Origin: Escherichia coli | GTDB taxonomy: Bacteria; Pseudomonadota; Gammaproteobacteria; Enterobacterales; Enterobacteriaceae | Assembly: GCF_017348835.2 (NCBI RefSeq) | Contig: NZ_CP071375.1 | Direction: 5' to 3' (one strand) | DNA length: 64,000 nt | In this document: one piece after another, positions 24,111 to 36,312 of the stretch | Layout of the letters: each line of letters starts with the position of its first letter | How positions within the stretch are numbered: position 1 is the stretch's first letter | Made by a program: the position numbers and the translations under genes | Notes under the pieces: model-generated | The model's database searches: none | The model's input: the letters and a program-made list of their open reading frames with translations, nothing else | What the model was told of the DNA's origin: nothing

Positions 24111-25040
24111 ATGACCGAATCAACAACCTCCTCCCCGCATGATGCAGTATTTAAAACCTTTATGTTCACACCCGAAACCGCACGGGATTTTCTCGAAATA
24201 CATTTACCAGAACCACTGCGCAAGCTTTGCAACCTGCAAACCTTACGCCTGGAACCCACTAGTTTTATTGAAAAAAGTTTACGCGCTTACTACTCGGATG
24301 TTTTGTGGTCCGTGGAAACCAGCGACGGTGACGGCTATATCTACTGCGTGATTGAACATCAAAGCTCTGCAGAAAAGAATATGGCTTTTCGGCTAATGCG
24401 CTATGCCACTGCCGCCATGCAGCGTCACCTGGACAAAGGCTATGACAGAGTCCCGCTGGTGGTGCCGTTGCTGTTTTATCATGGCGAAACCTCGCCCTAC
24501 CCGTACTCACTCAACTGGCTGGATGAGTTTGACGGTCCGCAACTTGCCCGGCAGTTGTACACCGAAGCTTTTCCGTTGGTGGATATCACCATCGTACCTG
24601 ACGATGAGATCATGCAACATCGGCGTATAGCTCTGCTTGAACTGATTCAAAAGCATATTCGCGACCGCGATTTAATCGGTATGGTCGACAGGATCACCAC
24701 GCTTTTGGTTAGAGGCTTCACTAATGACAGCCAGCTACAAACACTGTTTAATTATCTGCTGCAATGCGGCGATACCTCCCGTTTCACCCGTTTTATTCAG
24801 GAGATTGCCGAACGTTCACCACTACAAAAGGAGAGATTAATGACTATTGCTGAACGGCTGAGGCAGGAAGGGCATCAAATTGGCTGGCAGGAAGGTAAAT
24901 TAGAAGGTTTGCAGCAAGGCATGCATGAACAAGCCATTAAAATTGCCTTGCGCATGCTGGAGCAGGGTATCGATCTTGACCTGGTGCTGGCAACAACCCA
25001 GCTAACCGAGGCCGATCTCGCTCCATTAAGCCTGCAATGA
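24111..25040 (+). CDS. rpnE: Recombination-promoting nuclease RpnE (YhgA-like / transposase_31 family, PD-(D/E)xK)
   Basis: The 309-aa ORF begins [36 protein letters not shown]. The nuclease core is YSDVLWSV...[10 protein letters not shown]. The Rpn-type C-terminal tail is [24 protein letters not shown]. The position after glpC equals K-12 yfaD. Confidence 0.9.
   Translation: MTESTTSSPHDAVFKTFMFTPETARDFLEIHLPEPLRKLCNLQTLRLEPTSFIEKSLRAYYSDVLWSVETSDGDGYIYCVIEHQSSAEKNMAFRLMRYATAAMQRHLDKGYDRVPLVVPLLFYHGETSPYPYSLNWLDEFDGPQLARQLYTEAFPLVDITIVPDDEIMQHRRIALLELIQKHIRDRDLIGMVDRITTLLVRGFTNDSQLQTLFNYLLQCGDTSRFTRFIQEIAERSPLQKERLMTIAERLRQEGHQIGWQEGKLEGLQQGMHEQAIKIALRMLEQGIDLDLVLATTQLTEADLAPLSLQ
24840..25040 (+). 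CDS. Possible in-frame internal product of rpnE (66-aa C-terminal small protein, RpnS-like)
   Basis: AAGGAG (24828-24833) lies 6 nt upstream of in-frame ATG 24840 (codon 244). The product would be [66 protein letters not shown]. Intragenic small proteins have been reported for E. coli rpn genes. Confidence 0.4.
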   Translation: MTIAERLRQEGHQIGWQEGKLEGLQQGMHEQAIKIALRMLEQGIDLDLVLATTQLTEADLAPLSLQ

Positions 25041-25086
25041 ATGCGACAACGTGCCGGGTAAAAGCCTTCTCCCCGGCGCGCCTCTT

Positions 25087-26298
25087 TCATGCCCCCTGTG
25101 GCGACAGCATCAACGACTCAACAACCTCAATCCAGCCATGCTCACTGGCAATGTCCTGGCCGTTTAACCAACGGCGTAGCATATTCAGTGCCATCATTGC
25201 GCACACTTCCTGACGGATAGCCAGGCTATAGCGTGTAGTGCTGAAACGCACACGCAGAGCGAAAGTGCCATCTGGCGTGGCTAGCGCAAAGTTGAGATGC
25301 TCGTTCTCGAAACCCGAAACAGCCAGTGCCAGCCCGGCAAAATGGTTGGCCCGCCGTTCTGTAATCCAGTGCGCAGTTTGCGCCAGGGTTTCTTCCTGTG
25401 AAGGAACCACTTCACACGCCAGCAATGGAGCACCTGCGCGAGAAAGTTGCAAAGCCAATAAACCACCGGTGAATTGCTCGCTCAACGTCAGGCTGAACTG
25501 GCGGTTTTGCAATTCGCGACTGATTTGCGCGGGCAGTCCTTCGGTGCCTTCGAAAATCACGCTCTGTCCGGCAACACGTTTAACGTCCAGCCACAGTTTT
25601 TCCATCGCCTGTTGCTCGCTTGCCGGTCCGGTGAGTTTCAGTTCGATGATCGGCATTGAGGAGCGATAGCCCATTGTTACGCCCGGCGGCAGTTGTAGAG
25701 TGTCCAGGCTTTGTGCCAGATCGCTTTCCGAACGACCAAAGGTAGTCAAACGCAGGCAAACCGGCGGCTGTGGTAAAGAAAAACGCTCGCGCAGGCGCGG
25801 CAGGATTTCGTGCTCGACCATCACCTTAAATTCTGACGGTACGCCGGGGGTAAAGAACATCAGGCAACGATTAAGCTGCACGGCAAAACCACAGGCGGTG
25901 CCTACCGGGTTATTGATAAATTCAGCACTGGCAGGAAGCTCCGCTTGTTTACGGTTGCTCGGTGCCATTACTCGTCCACGTTCGTGGAAATAGCGTTCCA
26001 TCTCTTTGAGCCAGGCTTCATGCAACACCAGGCCTTCACCTTTTGCTGTCGCAGCGGCGAGTGCGCTTAAATCATCGCTGGTCGGTCCCAGCCCGCCGTT
26101 AACGATCAGCACATCGGCGTGCTGACTACGTTCGCGAAGAATGGTGACTAAGTCATCAAGGTTATCCCCCACCGTATTGCGGCGAGATAATGGCAACCCC
26201 TGATGAAAGAAAAAATCGGCCAGCCAGGCAGCGTTAGTGTCAACGATTTGCCCGTGTAACACTTCATCCCCGGTGGATAGCATTTCCACTTTTAACAT
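25087..26298 (-). CDS. yfaY: CinA-family protein YfaY (MoCF-type N-domain plus CinA C-domain)
   Basis: The 403-aa ORF begins MLKVEMLSTGDEVLHGQIVDTNAAWLADFFFHQGLPLSRRNTVGDNLDDL. Confidence 0.9.
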   Translation of the reverse strand: MLKVEMLSTGDEVLHGQIVDTNAAWLADFFFHQGLPLSRRNTVGDNLDDLVTILRERSQHADVLIVNGGLGPTSDDLSALAAATAKGEGLVLHEAWLKEMERYFHERGRVMAPSNRKQAELPASAEFINNPVGTACGFAVQLNRCLMFFTPGVPSEFKVMVEHEILPRLRERFSLPQPPVCLRLTTFGRSESDLAQSLDTLQLPPGVTMGYRSSMPIIELKLTGPASEQQAMEKLWLDVKRVAGQSVIFEGTEGLPAQISRELQNRQFSLTLSEQFTGGLLALQLSRAGAPLLACEVVPSQEETLAQTAHWITERRANHFAGLALAVSGFENEHLNFALATPDGTFALRVRFSTTRYSLAIRQEVCAMMALNMLRRWLNGQDIASEHGWIEVVESLMLSPQGA

Positions 26299-26368
26299 GG
26301 TTATCTCCTGCTTTTGTTATCGAATCACTATAACGCAAAGGGAGATAAGGCGTAGTAAGAAACTGAAT

Positions 26369-26389
26369 GGCGCGGCAGAATGCCGCGCC
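26369..26389 (-). terminator. Hairpin downstream of yfaZ
   Basis: GGCGCGGCA-GAA-TGCCGCGCC is a 9-bp GC stem 9 nt after the yfaZ stop. On the minus strand it is followed by ATTCAGTTTCTT. Confidence 0.5.
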
Positions 26390-26397
26390 GGAAGGGA

Positions 26398-26940
26398 TCA
26401 GAAACTGGCGTTAACCCCAACATACGGGCCGTCAGCCACGGCGTTGTCGCGGTTGCCGTCTTTACCCGACAGATTCAGGTAGCGATAACCCGCCTCAATA
26501 CTGACTGGACGCATAATGGTGTAACGCGCGCCAGCATTCGCTTCCTCATAACTTTGAATACCGCTGGAGAGCGAATCCGGAGAGTAGTAATACTCGCCAA
26601 ACAAACGGAAGCTGTTGCCAATTTTCCACTGCAAACCACCTCCTACCGCTGCGGCATAACCTTCATCGCCGTAATTCGGGTTGGTGTAAACGCCTTTTCC
26701 GCCAACGGTCGCCATTAACGGCCCGAGAGGCAGATTCAACCCCAGCCCCACGCCCGCGACGTCACCGTCGTCGTCGTTATGTGTCCAGTTACCGCTTAAA
26801 GCCAGGCCCGTCGATTCAGTCCCAAAACCGACACCAATATTGGTGTATTCTTTACCCGCCTGGCCGCTGATGCTCATTGCATTGACCGATGCAGAAACCA
26901 ACAGCATTCCGGCCAGACCTGCTAGCGCAATTTTTTTCAT
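26398..26940 (-). CDS. yfaZ: Outer-membrane beta-barrel family protein YfaZ
   Basis: MKKIALAGLAGMLLVSASVNAMSISGQAGKEYTNIG starts at codon 8 of the track ORF and gives 180 aa with a signal peptide. The C-terminus ends in ...YVGVNASF (terminal Phe). Confidence 0.9.
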   Translation of the reverse strand: MKKIALAGLAGMLLVSASVNAMSISGQAGKEYTNIGVGFGTESTGLALSGNWTHNDDDGDVAGVGLGLNLPLGPLMATVGGKGVYTNPNYGDEGYAAAVGGGLQWKIGNSFRLFGEYYYSPDSLSSGIQSYEEANAGARYTIMRPVSIEAGYRYLNLSGKDGNRDNAVADGPYVGVNASF

Positions 26941-27218
26941 TATCCCCTTTCCCACAAGCAATTAATCAAAATTCCCAAAGCTGCGGGATTGTACTGCCTA
27001 GCGCAGAGGATTCAATGAGCGAAAAAAGGGATCTAGTCACTTATTGTAACTAAATACTTCTTAAATAATTAAACGCCGAAAAAATAAACACAGTTTACCG
27101 ATACACACAAAAATAATAATAAGTGCAGTTATCATCGCAAAAGAGATTACTGTCACTTTCACATATTTCTGAGTTACCGTATTCTCATGGTTTCTTTTTA
27201 TTTATAAGGAATACCCCT

Positions 27219-27644
27219 GTGCGACAACGGACTATTGTATGCCCTTTGATTCAAAATGATGGTGCTTATTTGCTGTGTAAAATGGCCGACGATCGCGGCG
27301 TTTTCCCCGGTCAATGGGCGCTTTCGGGTGGCGGCGTGGAGCCCGGCGAACGAATTGAAGAGGCACTACGCCGCGAAATTCGCGAAGAACTGGGAGAACA
27401 GCTGCTTTTGACAGAAATCACGCCGTGGACCTTCAGCGATGATATTCGCACCAAGACGTATGCAGATGGTCGCAAGGAAGAGATTTATATGATTTACCTG
27501 ATTTTTGACTGCGTTTCTGCCAACCGAGAAGTGAAAATAAACGAAGAGTTTCAGGACTACGCGAGGGTAAAACCTGAAGATCTGGTGCATTATGATTTGA
27601 ATGTTGCCACCCGAAAAACGTTACGTTTGAAAGGTCTTCTTTAA
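27219..27644 (+). CDS. nudI: Nudix nucleoside triphosphatase NudI
   Basis: A GTG start at 27219 gives (M)[58 protein letters not shown] (Nudix box), 141 aa. AAGGA lies 9 nt upstream. Confidence 0.88.
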   Translation: MRQRTIVCPLIQNDGAYLLCKMADDRGVFPGQWALSGGGVEPGERIEEALRREIREELGEQLLLTEITPWTFSDDIRTKTYADGRKEEIYMIYLIFDCVSANREVKINEEFQDYARVKPEDLVHYDLNVATRKTLRLKGLL

Positions 27645-27650
27645 CAATGA

Positions 27651-27672
27651 TGACAGCCATCACTGGCTGTCA
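27651..27672. terminator. Shared hairpin between convergent nudI and ais
   Basis: TGACAGCCA-TCAC-TGGCTGTCA is a perfect 9-bp stem lying between the two stop codons. Confidence 0.6.
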
Positions 27673-27682
27673 GATTGAAAAT

Positions 27683-28285
27683 TTAGTGGTTAACGAATTC
27701 CCCATCCAGATAAACTTTGCCTTTTTCCACATGCATGACTAAACCATCCAGATAATCAGGTTTAAATGTCGCATCACGCTTATCTTTAGCAATATATGTC
27801 AGGCAATGATTATGGGTGAAAATAACGATATTTTTATCAGGCGCTTTGCTTTGTAAGTCCTTAATTGCACTATAAATCTCATTACCGCACTGAAGAAGTC
27901 GTTTATCTACCGTCAATTTTTTACCCGCTGAAAACCAGGTCGCCGACTGAATGGTCCGGACGGTATTACTGGAATAGAGATCGAAATCAGGGATATCAGC
28001 ACTAAAAGCGTTGCCCAGTTCTCGGGCATCCTGGGTACCTTTGACCGTAATACCTGTTTTATCTGACAAGCATTGATTGGTTGAACGATCGCAACGTTCA
28101 GCATGGCGAAACAAAACGACAACCGGGTGCTGCTGTGCCAGTCTGGCCAGTGTTTTATTGTCGATACGTGGCAAACCATTGCTACTCCAGGCAGCATGAG
28201 TACCCAGTCCGGCAATTGCAGCGAGCGCCAGTAAAATGATGAAATATTTTTTTGACTTCAACGAAGAGCGGCAAAAAGCTAACAC
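27683..28285 (-). CDS. ais: LPS core heptose(II)-phosphate phosphatase Ais (PmrG)
   Basis: A GTG start gives (M)[45 protein letters not shown]..., 200 aa. The histidine phosphatase motif is LFRHAERC. Confidence 0.9.
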   Translation of the reverse strand: MLAFCRSSLKSKKYFIILLALAAIAGLGTHAAWSSNGLPRIDNKTLARLAQQHPVVVLFRHAERCDRSTNQCLSDKTGITVKGTQDARELGNAFSADIPDFDLYSSNTVRTIQSATWFSAGKKLTVDKRLLQCGNEIYSAIKDLQSKAPDKNIVIFTHNHCLTYIAKDKRDATFKPDYLDGLVMHVEKGKVYLDGEFVNH

Positions 28286-28477
28286 GTAAACTCCACCTAT
28301 AGACAAGCGCAACCAGACAATTACCGTGAAATTGAGCGACATTTCTGGCGATAATTAGCAGTTGGTGTAATATTAAAAATCCTGCGATGCCGGCAAAATG
28401 CCTCAAAATTTTGCCAAATGCAAAGCCTAAATAAGAAAAAATATAAAAATTTCAATATTTACGTCTAATATTAGTTT

Positions 28478-28494
28478 CTTAAGGTTAAGTTAAT
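28478..28494 (+). promoter_or_regulatory. PmrA (BasR) box upstream of arnB
   Basis: CTTAAG-GTTAA-GTTAAT: two hexamer half-sites 5 bp apart, matching YTTAAK-N5-YTTAAK, about 80-97 nt upstream of the arnB start. Confidence 0.6.
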
Positions 28495-28574
28495 ATTCTA
28501 TCCTTAAAATTTCGCTCCAAATGGCAAAATATACACAACACTCTTTATAGCAAATATAAGTGAACAGGTATTCA

Positions 28575-29732
28575 ATGGCGGAAGGAAAAGCAATGTCAGA
28601 ATTTTTGCCTTTTTCGCGACCAGCAATGGGCGTGGAGGAACTCGCTGCAGTTAAAGAGGTTCTCGAATCCGGTTGGATCACAACCGGTCCGAAGAATCAG
28701 GCGCTTGAGCAAGCCTTTTGCCAGTTGACGGGAAATCAGCATGCCATCGCGGTCAGTTCAGCCACCGCCGGAATGCATATCACGCTAATGGCGTTGGAAA
28801 TTGGCAAGGGCGATGAAGTGATTACGCCTTCCCTGACCTGGGTTTCAACCCTCAATATGATTTCCTTGTTGGGTGCAACGCCGGTAATGGTGGATGTCGA
28901 CCGCGATACGCTGATGGTCACGCCTGAAGCTATCGAGTCAGCCATTACGCCACGCACTAAAGCCATCATTCCGGTGCATTATGCCGGTGCGCCAGCAGAT
29001 ATTGACGCCATTCGCGCCATTGGCGAACGTTACGGCATCGCAGTTATCGAAGATGCTGCCCATGCCGTAGGTACGTATTACAAAGGGCGACATATTGGCG
29101 CAAAAGGTACCGCTATTTTTTCATTTCATGCCATTAAAAATATTACCTGTGCTGAAGGTGGCCTGATTGTAACTGATAATGAAAACCTTGCCCGCCAGCT
29201 ACGGATGCTGAAATTTCACGGTCTGGGTGTCGATGCCTATGACAGACAAACCTGGGGCCGTGTACCGCAGGCTGAAGTCTTAACGCCGGGCTATAAGTAC
29301 AATCTGACCGATATTAACGCCGCGATTGCCCTGACACAGTTAGTCAAATTAGAGCACCTCAACACCCGTCGGCGCGAAATTGCCCAGCAATATCAGCAAG
29401 CACTGGCAGCTCTCCCCTTTCAGCCATTAAGCCTTCCCGCCTGGCCGCACGTTCACGCCTGGCATCTGTTTATTATTCGTGTCGATGAACAACGTTGTGG
29501 TATCAGTCGCGATGCGTTGATGGAAGCGTTAAAAGAAAGAGGTATTGGTACCGGGTTACATTTCCGCGCCGCTCACACACAAAAATATTATCGCGAGCGT
29601 TTTCCCACGCTGTCGTTACCGAATAGCGAATGGAATAGCGAACGCATCTGTTCGTTGCCGCTGTTCCCGGATATGACCACCGCCGATGCCGACCGCGTCA
29701 TCACAGCCCTTCAGCAACTCGCAGGACAATAA
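28575..29732 (+). CDS. arnB: UDP-4-amino-4-deoxy-L-arabinose:oxoglutarate aminotransferase
   Basis: [41 protein letters not shown]. The start is taken at ATG 28575, giving the 385 aa I recall for ArnB. ATG 28593 (MSEFLPF) is an alternative start. Confidence 0.95.
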   Translation: MAEGKAMSEFLPFSRPAMGVEELAAVKEVLESGWITTGPKNQALEQAFCQLTGNQHAIAVSSATAGMHITLMALEIGKGDEVITPSLTWVSTLNMISLLGATPVMVDVDRDTLMVTPEAIESAITPRTKAIIPVHYAGAPADIDAIRAIGERYGIAVIEDAAHAVGTYYKGRHIGAKGTAIFSFHAIKNITCAEGGLIVTDNENLARQLRMLKFHGLGVDAYDRQTWGRVPQAEVLTPGYKYNLTDINAAIALTQLVKLEHLNTRRREIAQQYQQALAALPFQPLSLPAWPHVHAWHLFIIRVDEQRCGISRDALMEALKERGIGTGLHFRAAHTQKYYRERFPTLSLPNSEWNSERICSLPLFPDMTTADADRVITALQQLAGQ

Positions 29733-30703
<971 letters not shown>

Positions 30704-30704
<1 letters not shown>

Positions 30705-32686
30705 TGAAAACCGTCGTTTTTGCCTACCACGATATGGGATGCCTCGGTATTGAAGCCCTGCTGGCTACCGGTTACGAAATTAGCGCCATTTTTACCCATA
30801 CTGATAATCCCGGTGAAAAAGCCTTTTATGGTTCGGTGGCTCGTCTGGCAGCGGAAAGAGGCATTCCGGTTTATGCGCCGGATAACGTTAATCATCCGCT
30901 GTGGGTGGAACGCATTGCCCAACTATCACCAGAGGTGATTTTCTCTTTTTATTATCGCCATCTTATTTGCGACGAAATTTTGCAGCTCGCTCCCGCAGGT
31001 GCATTTAATCTGCATGGTTCGCTGTTACCAAAATATCGTGGTCGCGCGCCGCTGAACTGGGTGCTGGTCAACGGTGAAACGGAAACTGGCGTTACATTGC
31101 ACCGAATGGTGAAACGTGCCGATGCCGGGGCCATTGTGGCGCAACTGCGCATTGCCATTGCGCCAGACGATATCGCTATTACGCTGCATCATAAATTGTG
31201 CCATGCCGCGCGCCAGCTACTGGAACAGACATTACCCGCCATTAAACACGGTAATATTCTGGAAATCGCCCAACGCGAGAACGAAGCCACCTGTTTTGGT
31301 CGCAGAACACCAGAAGATAGCTTCCTCGAGTGGCACAAACCGGCAGCCGTATTGCATAACATGGTCCGCGCCGTTGCCGATCCGTGGCCGGGTGCCTTCA
31401 GCTATGCTGGCAATCAGAAATTCACCGTCTGGTCGTCACGCGTACATCCTCATACATCCGCAGCGCAGCCGGGGAGCGTGATTTCTGTTGCGCCACTGCT
31501 GATTGCCTGTGGCGATGGCGCGCTGGAAATCGTCACCGGACAGGCGGGCGACGGCATTACTATGCAGGGCTCGCAATTAGCGCAGACGCTGGGCCTGGTG
31601 CAAGGTTCACGCTTGAATAGCCAGCCTGCCTGTGCCGCCCGACGCCGTACCCGGGTACTCATCCTCGGGGTGAATGGCTTTATTGGCAACCATCTGACAG
31701 AACGCCTGCTGCGCGAAGATCATTATGAAGTTTACGGTCTGGATATTGGCAGCGATGCGATAAGCCGTTTTCTGAATCATCCGCATTTTCACTTTGTCGA
31801 AGGCGATATCAGTATTCATTCCGAATGGATTGAGTATCACGTCAAAAAATGTGATGTCGTCTTGCCGCTGGTGGCGATAGCCACGCCGATTGAATATACC
31901 CGCAACCCGCTGCGCGTATTTGAACTCGATTTTGAAGAGAATCTGCGCATTATCCGCTACTGCGTGAAGTACCGTAAGCGAATCATCTTCCCGTCAACTT
32001 CAGAAGTTTATGGGATGTGTAGCGATAAATACTTCGATGAGGACCATTCTAATTTAATCGTCGGCCCGGTGAATAAACCACGCTGGATTTATTCGGTGTC
32101 AAAACAATTACTTGATCGGGTTATCTGGGCCTATGGCGAAAAAGAGGGTTTACAGTTCACCCTCTTCCGCCCGTTTAACTGGATGGGACCACGACTGGAT
32201 AACCTTAATGCGGCACGAATCGGCAGCTCCCGCGCTATTACGCAACTCATTCTCAATCTGGTAGAAGGTTCACCGATTAAGCTGATTGATGGCGGAAAAC
32301 AAAAACGCTGCTTTACTGATATCCGGGATGGTATCGAGGCGTTGTACCGCATTATCGAAAATGTGGGAAATCGCTGCGACGGCGAAATTATCAACATTGG
32401 CAATCCTGAGAACGAAGCGAGCATTGAGGAACTGGGCGAGATGCTGCTGGCGAGCTTCGAAAAACATCCGCTGCGCCATCACTTCCCACCGTTTGCGGGC
32501 TTTCGCGTTGTCGAAAGTAGCAGCTACTACGGCAAAGGATATCAGGACGTAGAGCATCGTAAACCGAGCATCCGCAATGCCCACCGCTGCCTGGACTGGG
32601 AGCCGAAAATTGATATGCAGGAAACCATCGACGAAACGCTGGATTTCTTCCTGCGCACCGTTGATCTTACGGATAAACCATCATGA
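30704..32686 (+). CDS. arnA: Bifunctional UDP-glucuronate decarboxylase / UDP-Ara4N formyltransferase
   Basis: The 660-aa ORF begins [34 protein letters not shown]. It has an N-terminal formyltransferase domain and a C-terminal SDR with [10 protein letters not shown]. Confidence 0.98.
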
Positions 32687-33573
32687 CCAAAGTAGGCTTA
32701 CGCATTGATGTCGATACCTTTCGTGGCACCCGTGAAGGCGTGCCGCGTCTGCTGGAAATCTTGAGTAAGCATAATATTCAGGCCAGCATTTTTTTCAGCG
32801 TCGGCCCGGACAATATGGGCCGCCATCTCTGGCGACTGGTGAAGCCACAGTTTTTGTGGAAGATGCTGCGCTCAAACGCGGCATCGCTTTATGGCTGGGA
32901 TATTTTACTGGCAGGTACGGCCTGGCCAGGTAAAGAGATTGGTCCTGCCAATGCCGATATCATTCGTGAAGCGGCTAAACATCACGAAGTCGGCCTGCAC
33001 GCCTGGGATCACCATGCCTGGCAAGCCCATAGCGGTAACTGGGATCGGCAAACAATGATCGACGATATTGCACTCGGCCTTCGCACCCTGGAAGAGATTA
33101 TCGGTCAACCGGTAACCTGTTCTGCCGCTGCGGGCTGGCGTGCCGACCAGCAGGTGATCGAAGCAAAAGAAGCGTTCCATTTGCGCTACAACAGCGATTG
33201 TCGTGGGGCCATGCCGTTCCGTCCACTGCTCGAATCAGGAAACCCTGGCACTGCGCAAATTCCGGTGACCTTACCCACCTGGGATGAAGTGATTGGTCGG
33301 GATGTGAAAGCAGAAGATTTTAACGGTTGGTTACTCAACCGCATCCTGCGAGATAAAGGCACGCCGGTTTATACCATTCATGCAGAAGTTGAAGGCTGCG
33401 CTTATCAGCATAATTTTGTGGATCTCCTCAAACGCGCAGCTCAGGAAGGCGTGACATTTTGCCCTTTAAGCGAACTGTTATCAGAGACGTTGCCGCTCGG
33501 ACAAGTTGTTCGCGGAAATATTGCCGGACGTGAAGGCTGGCTGGGTTGCCAACAAATTGCGGGTAGTCGCTGA
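32683..33573 (+). CDS. arnD: 4-deoxy-4-formamido-L-arabinose-phosphoundecaprenol deformylase
   Basis: The 296-aa ORF begins [46 protein letters not shown] (polysaccharide deacetylase fold). Confidence 0.97.
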   Translation: MTKVGLRIDVDTFRGTREGVPRLLEILSKHNIQASIFFSVGPDNMGRHLWRLVKPQFLWKMLRSNAASLYGWDILLAGTAWPGKEIGPANADIIREAAKHHEVGLHAWDHHAWQAHSGNWDRQTMIDDIALGLRTLEEIIGQPVTCSAAAGWRADQQVIEAKEAFHLRYNSDCRGAMPFRPLLESGNPGTAQIPVTLPTWDEVIGRDVKAEDFNGWLLNRILRDKGTPVYTIHAEVEGCAYQHNFVDLLKRAAQEGVTFCPLSELLSETLPLGQVVRGNIAGREGWLGCQQIAGSR

Positions 33574-35225
33574 TGAAATCGGTACGTTACCTTATCGGCC
33601 TCTTCGCGTTTATTGCCTGCTATTACCTGTTACCGATCAGCACGCGTCTGCTCTGGCAACCCGATGAAACGCGTTATGCGGAAATCAGTCGGGAAATGCT
33701 GGCATCCGGCGACTGGATTGTGCCCCATCTGTTAGGGCTACGTTATTTTGAAAAACCCATTGCTGGATACTGGATTAACAGCATTGGGCAATGGCTATTT
33801 GGTGCGAATAACTTTGGTGTGCGGGCAGGCGTTATCTTTGCGACCCTGTTAACTGCCGCGCTGGTGACCTGGTTTACTCTGCGCTTATGGCGCGATAAAC
33901 GTCTGGCTCTACTCGCCACAGTAATTTATCTCTCATTGTTTATTGTCTATGCCATCGGCACTTATGCCGTGCTCGATCCGTTTATTGCATTCTGGCTGGT
34001 GGCGGGAATGTGCAGCTTCTGGCTGGCAATGCAGGCACAGACGTGGAAAGGCAAAAGCGCAGGATTTTTACTGCTGGGAATCACCTGCGGCATGGGGGTG
34101 ATGACCAAAGGTTTTCTCGCCCTTGCCGTGCCGGTATTAAGCGTACTGCCATGGGTAGCGACGCAAAAACGCTGGAAAGATCTCTTTATTTACGGCTGGC
34201 TGGCGGTTATCAGTTGCGTACTGACGGTTCTCCCCTGGGGACTGGCGATAGCGCAGCGGGAGCCTGACTTCTGGCACTATTTTTTCTGGGTTGAGCATAT
34301 TCAACGCTTTGCACTGGATGATGCCCAACATAGAGCTCCGTTCTGGTACTACGTGCCGGTCATCATTGCCGGTAGCCTGCCGTGGCTGGGATTACTCCCC
34401 GGTGCACTGTACGCAGGCTGGAAAAACCGCAAGCATTCCGCAACCGTCTATTTGTTGAGCTGGACGATAATGCCGCTGCTGTTTTTCTCCGTCGCTAAAG
34501 GTAAATTGCCCACCTATATTCTTTCCTGCTTTGCACCTCTGGCAATGCTGATGGCGCATTACGCTTTGCTGGCAGCAAAAAATAATCCTCTGGCGTTGCG
34601 GATTAATGGCTGGATTAACATCGCTTTTGGCGTCACTGGCATTATTGCCACATTTGTGGTCTCCCCCTGGGGACCAATGAACACGCCGGTGTGGCAAACC
34701 TTCGAGAGCTATAAAGTCTTTTGTGCCTGGTCGATTTTTTCACTATGGGCATTTTTCGGCTGGTACACCTTAACAAACGTCGAAAAGACCTGGTCTTTTG
34801 CCGCGCTTTGCCCGCTGGGGCTGGCGTTGCTGGTAGGATTTTCAATTCCTGACAGAGTCATGGAAGGAAAACATCCGCAATTTTTTGTCGAGATGACACA
34901 AGAATCACTTCAGCCAAGCCGCTATATTCTTACTGATAGCGTCGGTGTTGCCGCAGGTCTGGCATGGAGCCTGCAACGCGATGACATCATCATGTATCGC
35001 CAGACAGGTGAGTTGAAATACGGCCTTAATTATCCGGATGCGAAAGGGAGATTTGTCAGCGGTGATGAGTTCGCAAACTGGCTTAATCAACATCGTCAGG
35101 AGGGGATTATTACACTCGTGCTTTCGGTTGACCGCGATGAAGATATCAACAGTCTCGCCATTCCGCCCGCAGATGCCATCGATCGTCAGGAGCGTCTGGT
35201 GCTGATTCAGTATCGTCCCAAATGA
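33573..35225 (+). CDS. arnT: Undecaprenyl-phosphate-alpha-L-Ara4N:lipid A transferase
   Basis: The 550-aa polytopic ORF begins [42 protein letters not shown]. Confidence 0.97.
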
Positions 35226-35557
35226 TCTGGCTAACATTAGTCTTTGCCAGCTTGCTTAGCGTTGCCGGGCAGTTGTGTCAGAAACAGGCAACCTGCTTTG
35301 TGGCGATAAACAAACGGCGCAAACATATCGTGCTGTGGCTGGGACTGGCGCTGGCTTGTCTTGGTCTTGCCATGGTGCTCTGGCTGCTGGTCTTGCAGAA
35401 CGTACCGGTAGGCATTGCCTACCCGATGTTAAGTCTGAATTTTGTCTGGGTGACGCTGGCTGCAGTAAAACTGTGGCACGAACCGGTATCGCCGCGTCAC
35501 TGGTGTGGGGTGGCGTTCATTATTGGTGGCATTGTGATCCTCGGGAGTACGGTGTAA
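35222..35557 (+). CDS. arnE: Undecaprenyl-phosphate-Ara4N flippase subunit ArnE
   Basis: The 111-aa 4-TM ORF begins [23 protein letters not shown]. It overlaps the arnT stop. Confidence 0.95.
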
Positions 35558-35943
35558 TGGGCCTGATGTGGGGATTATTCAGCGTCATTATTGCCTCAGC
35601 TGCGCAATTAAGCCTGGGTTTTGCGGCGAGTCATCTGCCGCCGATGACGCACTTATGGGATTTTATCGCGACGCTGTTAGCTTTTGGCCTGGATGCCCGG
35701 ATACTGTTACTCGGGCTGCTGGGTTATCTGCTTTCCGTTTTTTGTTGGTATAAAACGCTACATATACTTGCGCTAAGCAAAGCCTATGCCTTGCTCAGTA
35801 TGAGTTATGTGCTGGTATGGATTGCTTCAATGGTACTTCCCGGCTGGGAAGGGACTTTTTCGCTGAAAGCACTACTGGGAGTAGCCTGTATTATGAGCGG
35901 GTTGATGCTGATTTTCCTGCCCACGACAAAACAACGTTACTGA
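35557..35943 (+). CDS. arnF: Undecaprenyl-phosphate-Ara4N flippase subunit ArnF
   Basis: [36 protein letters not shown] starts at ATG 35557 (TAATG overlap with arnE) and gives 128 aa. The upstream part of track ORF 35275-35943 is out of context. Confidence 0.95.
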   Translation: MGLMWGLFSVIIASAAQLSLGFAASHLPPMTHLWDFIATLLAFGLDARILLLGLLGYLLSVFCWYKTLHILALSKAYALLSMSYVLVWIASMVLPGWEGTFSLKALLGVACIMSGLMLIFLPTTKQRY

Positions 35944-36203
35944 GTTTTCCCTGCCGCTTTACACTGCCGTTCCCACTCATCGGGGCTATAACTGCTTGCC
36001 GAGAGGACTTTCACCGTATGCAGCTTTTCACGATTAATACAATAAAGCGCATTCTGCAAAGGCGAGAGTAAATCCCCCACTTTCACGGCGAAGTCACTCT
36101 TCACTTCGGCGATCATTTTTATCGCGCCGCCAGCATCGCAGAGCATAAGTACATGTCTGTTATCTTGTTTATTGCAGCACGATTTTTTGACCAGCCATTC
36201 CAT
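35937..36203 (-). CDS. pmrD: PmrD, connector protein between the PhoPQ and PmrAB (BasRS) systems
   Basis: [44 protein letters not shown] starts at codon 11 of the track ORF and gives 88 aa. Confidence 0.93.
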   Translation of the reverse strand: MEWLVKKSCCNKQDNRHVLMLCDAGGAIKMIAEVKSDFAVKVGDLLSPLQNALYCINREKLHTVKVLSASSYSPDEWERQCKAAGKTQ

Positions 36204-36312
36204 TGCATTATCCTGTTTGCTAAGAGTTTTCACATCAATTTACAGATTAACAGATAAACTCTTTATCAACGGCAATGGAATGGCAGAAATGAGAAGTGAA
36301 ACGGAGGGTTAA

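Noticed and set aside
36204-36312. I searched the pmrD upstream region for a PhoP box, and the arnF/pmrD/menE area for a PmrR-like small membrane-peptide ORF
   Set aside because: I found TGTTAA and TGTAAA hexamers, but they are 8 bp apart instead of the 11-bp phasing expected for PhoP. No short hydrophobic ORF with a start codon was seen. Nothing supportable resulted.
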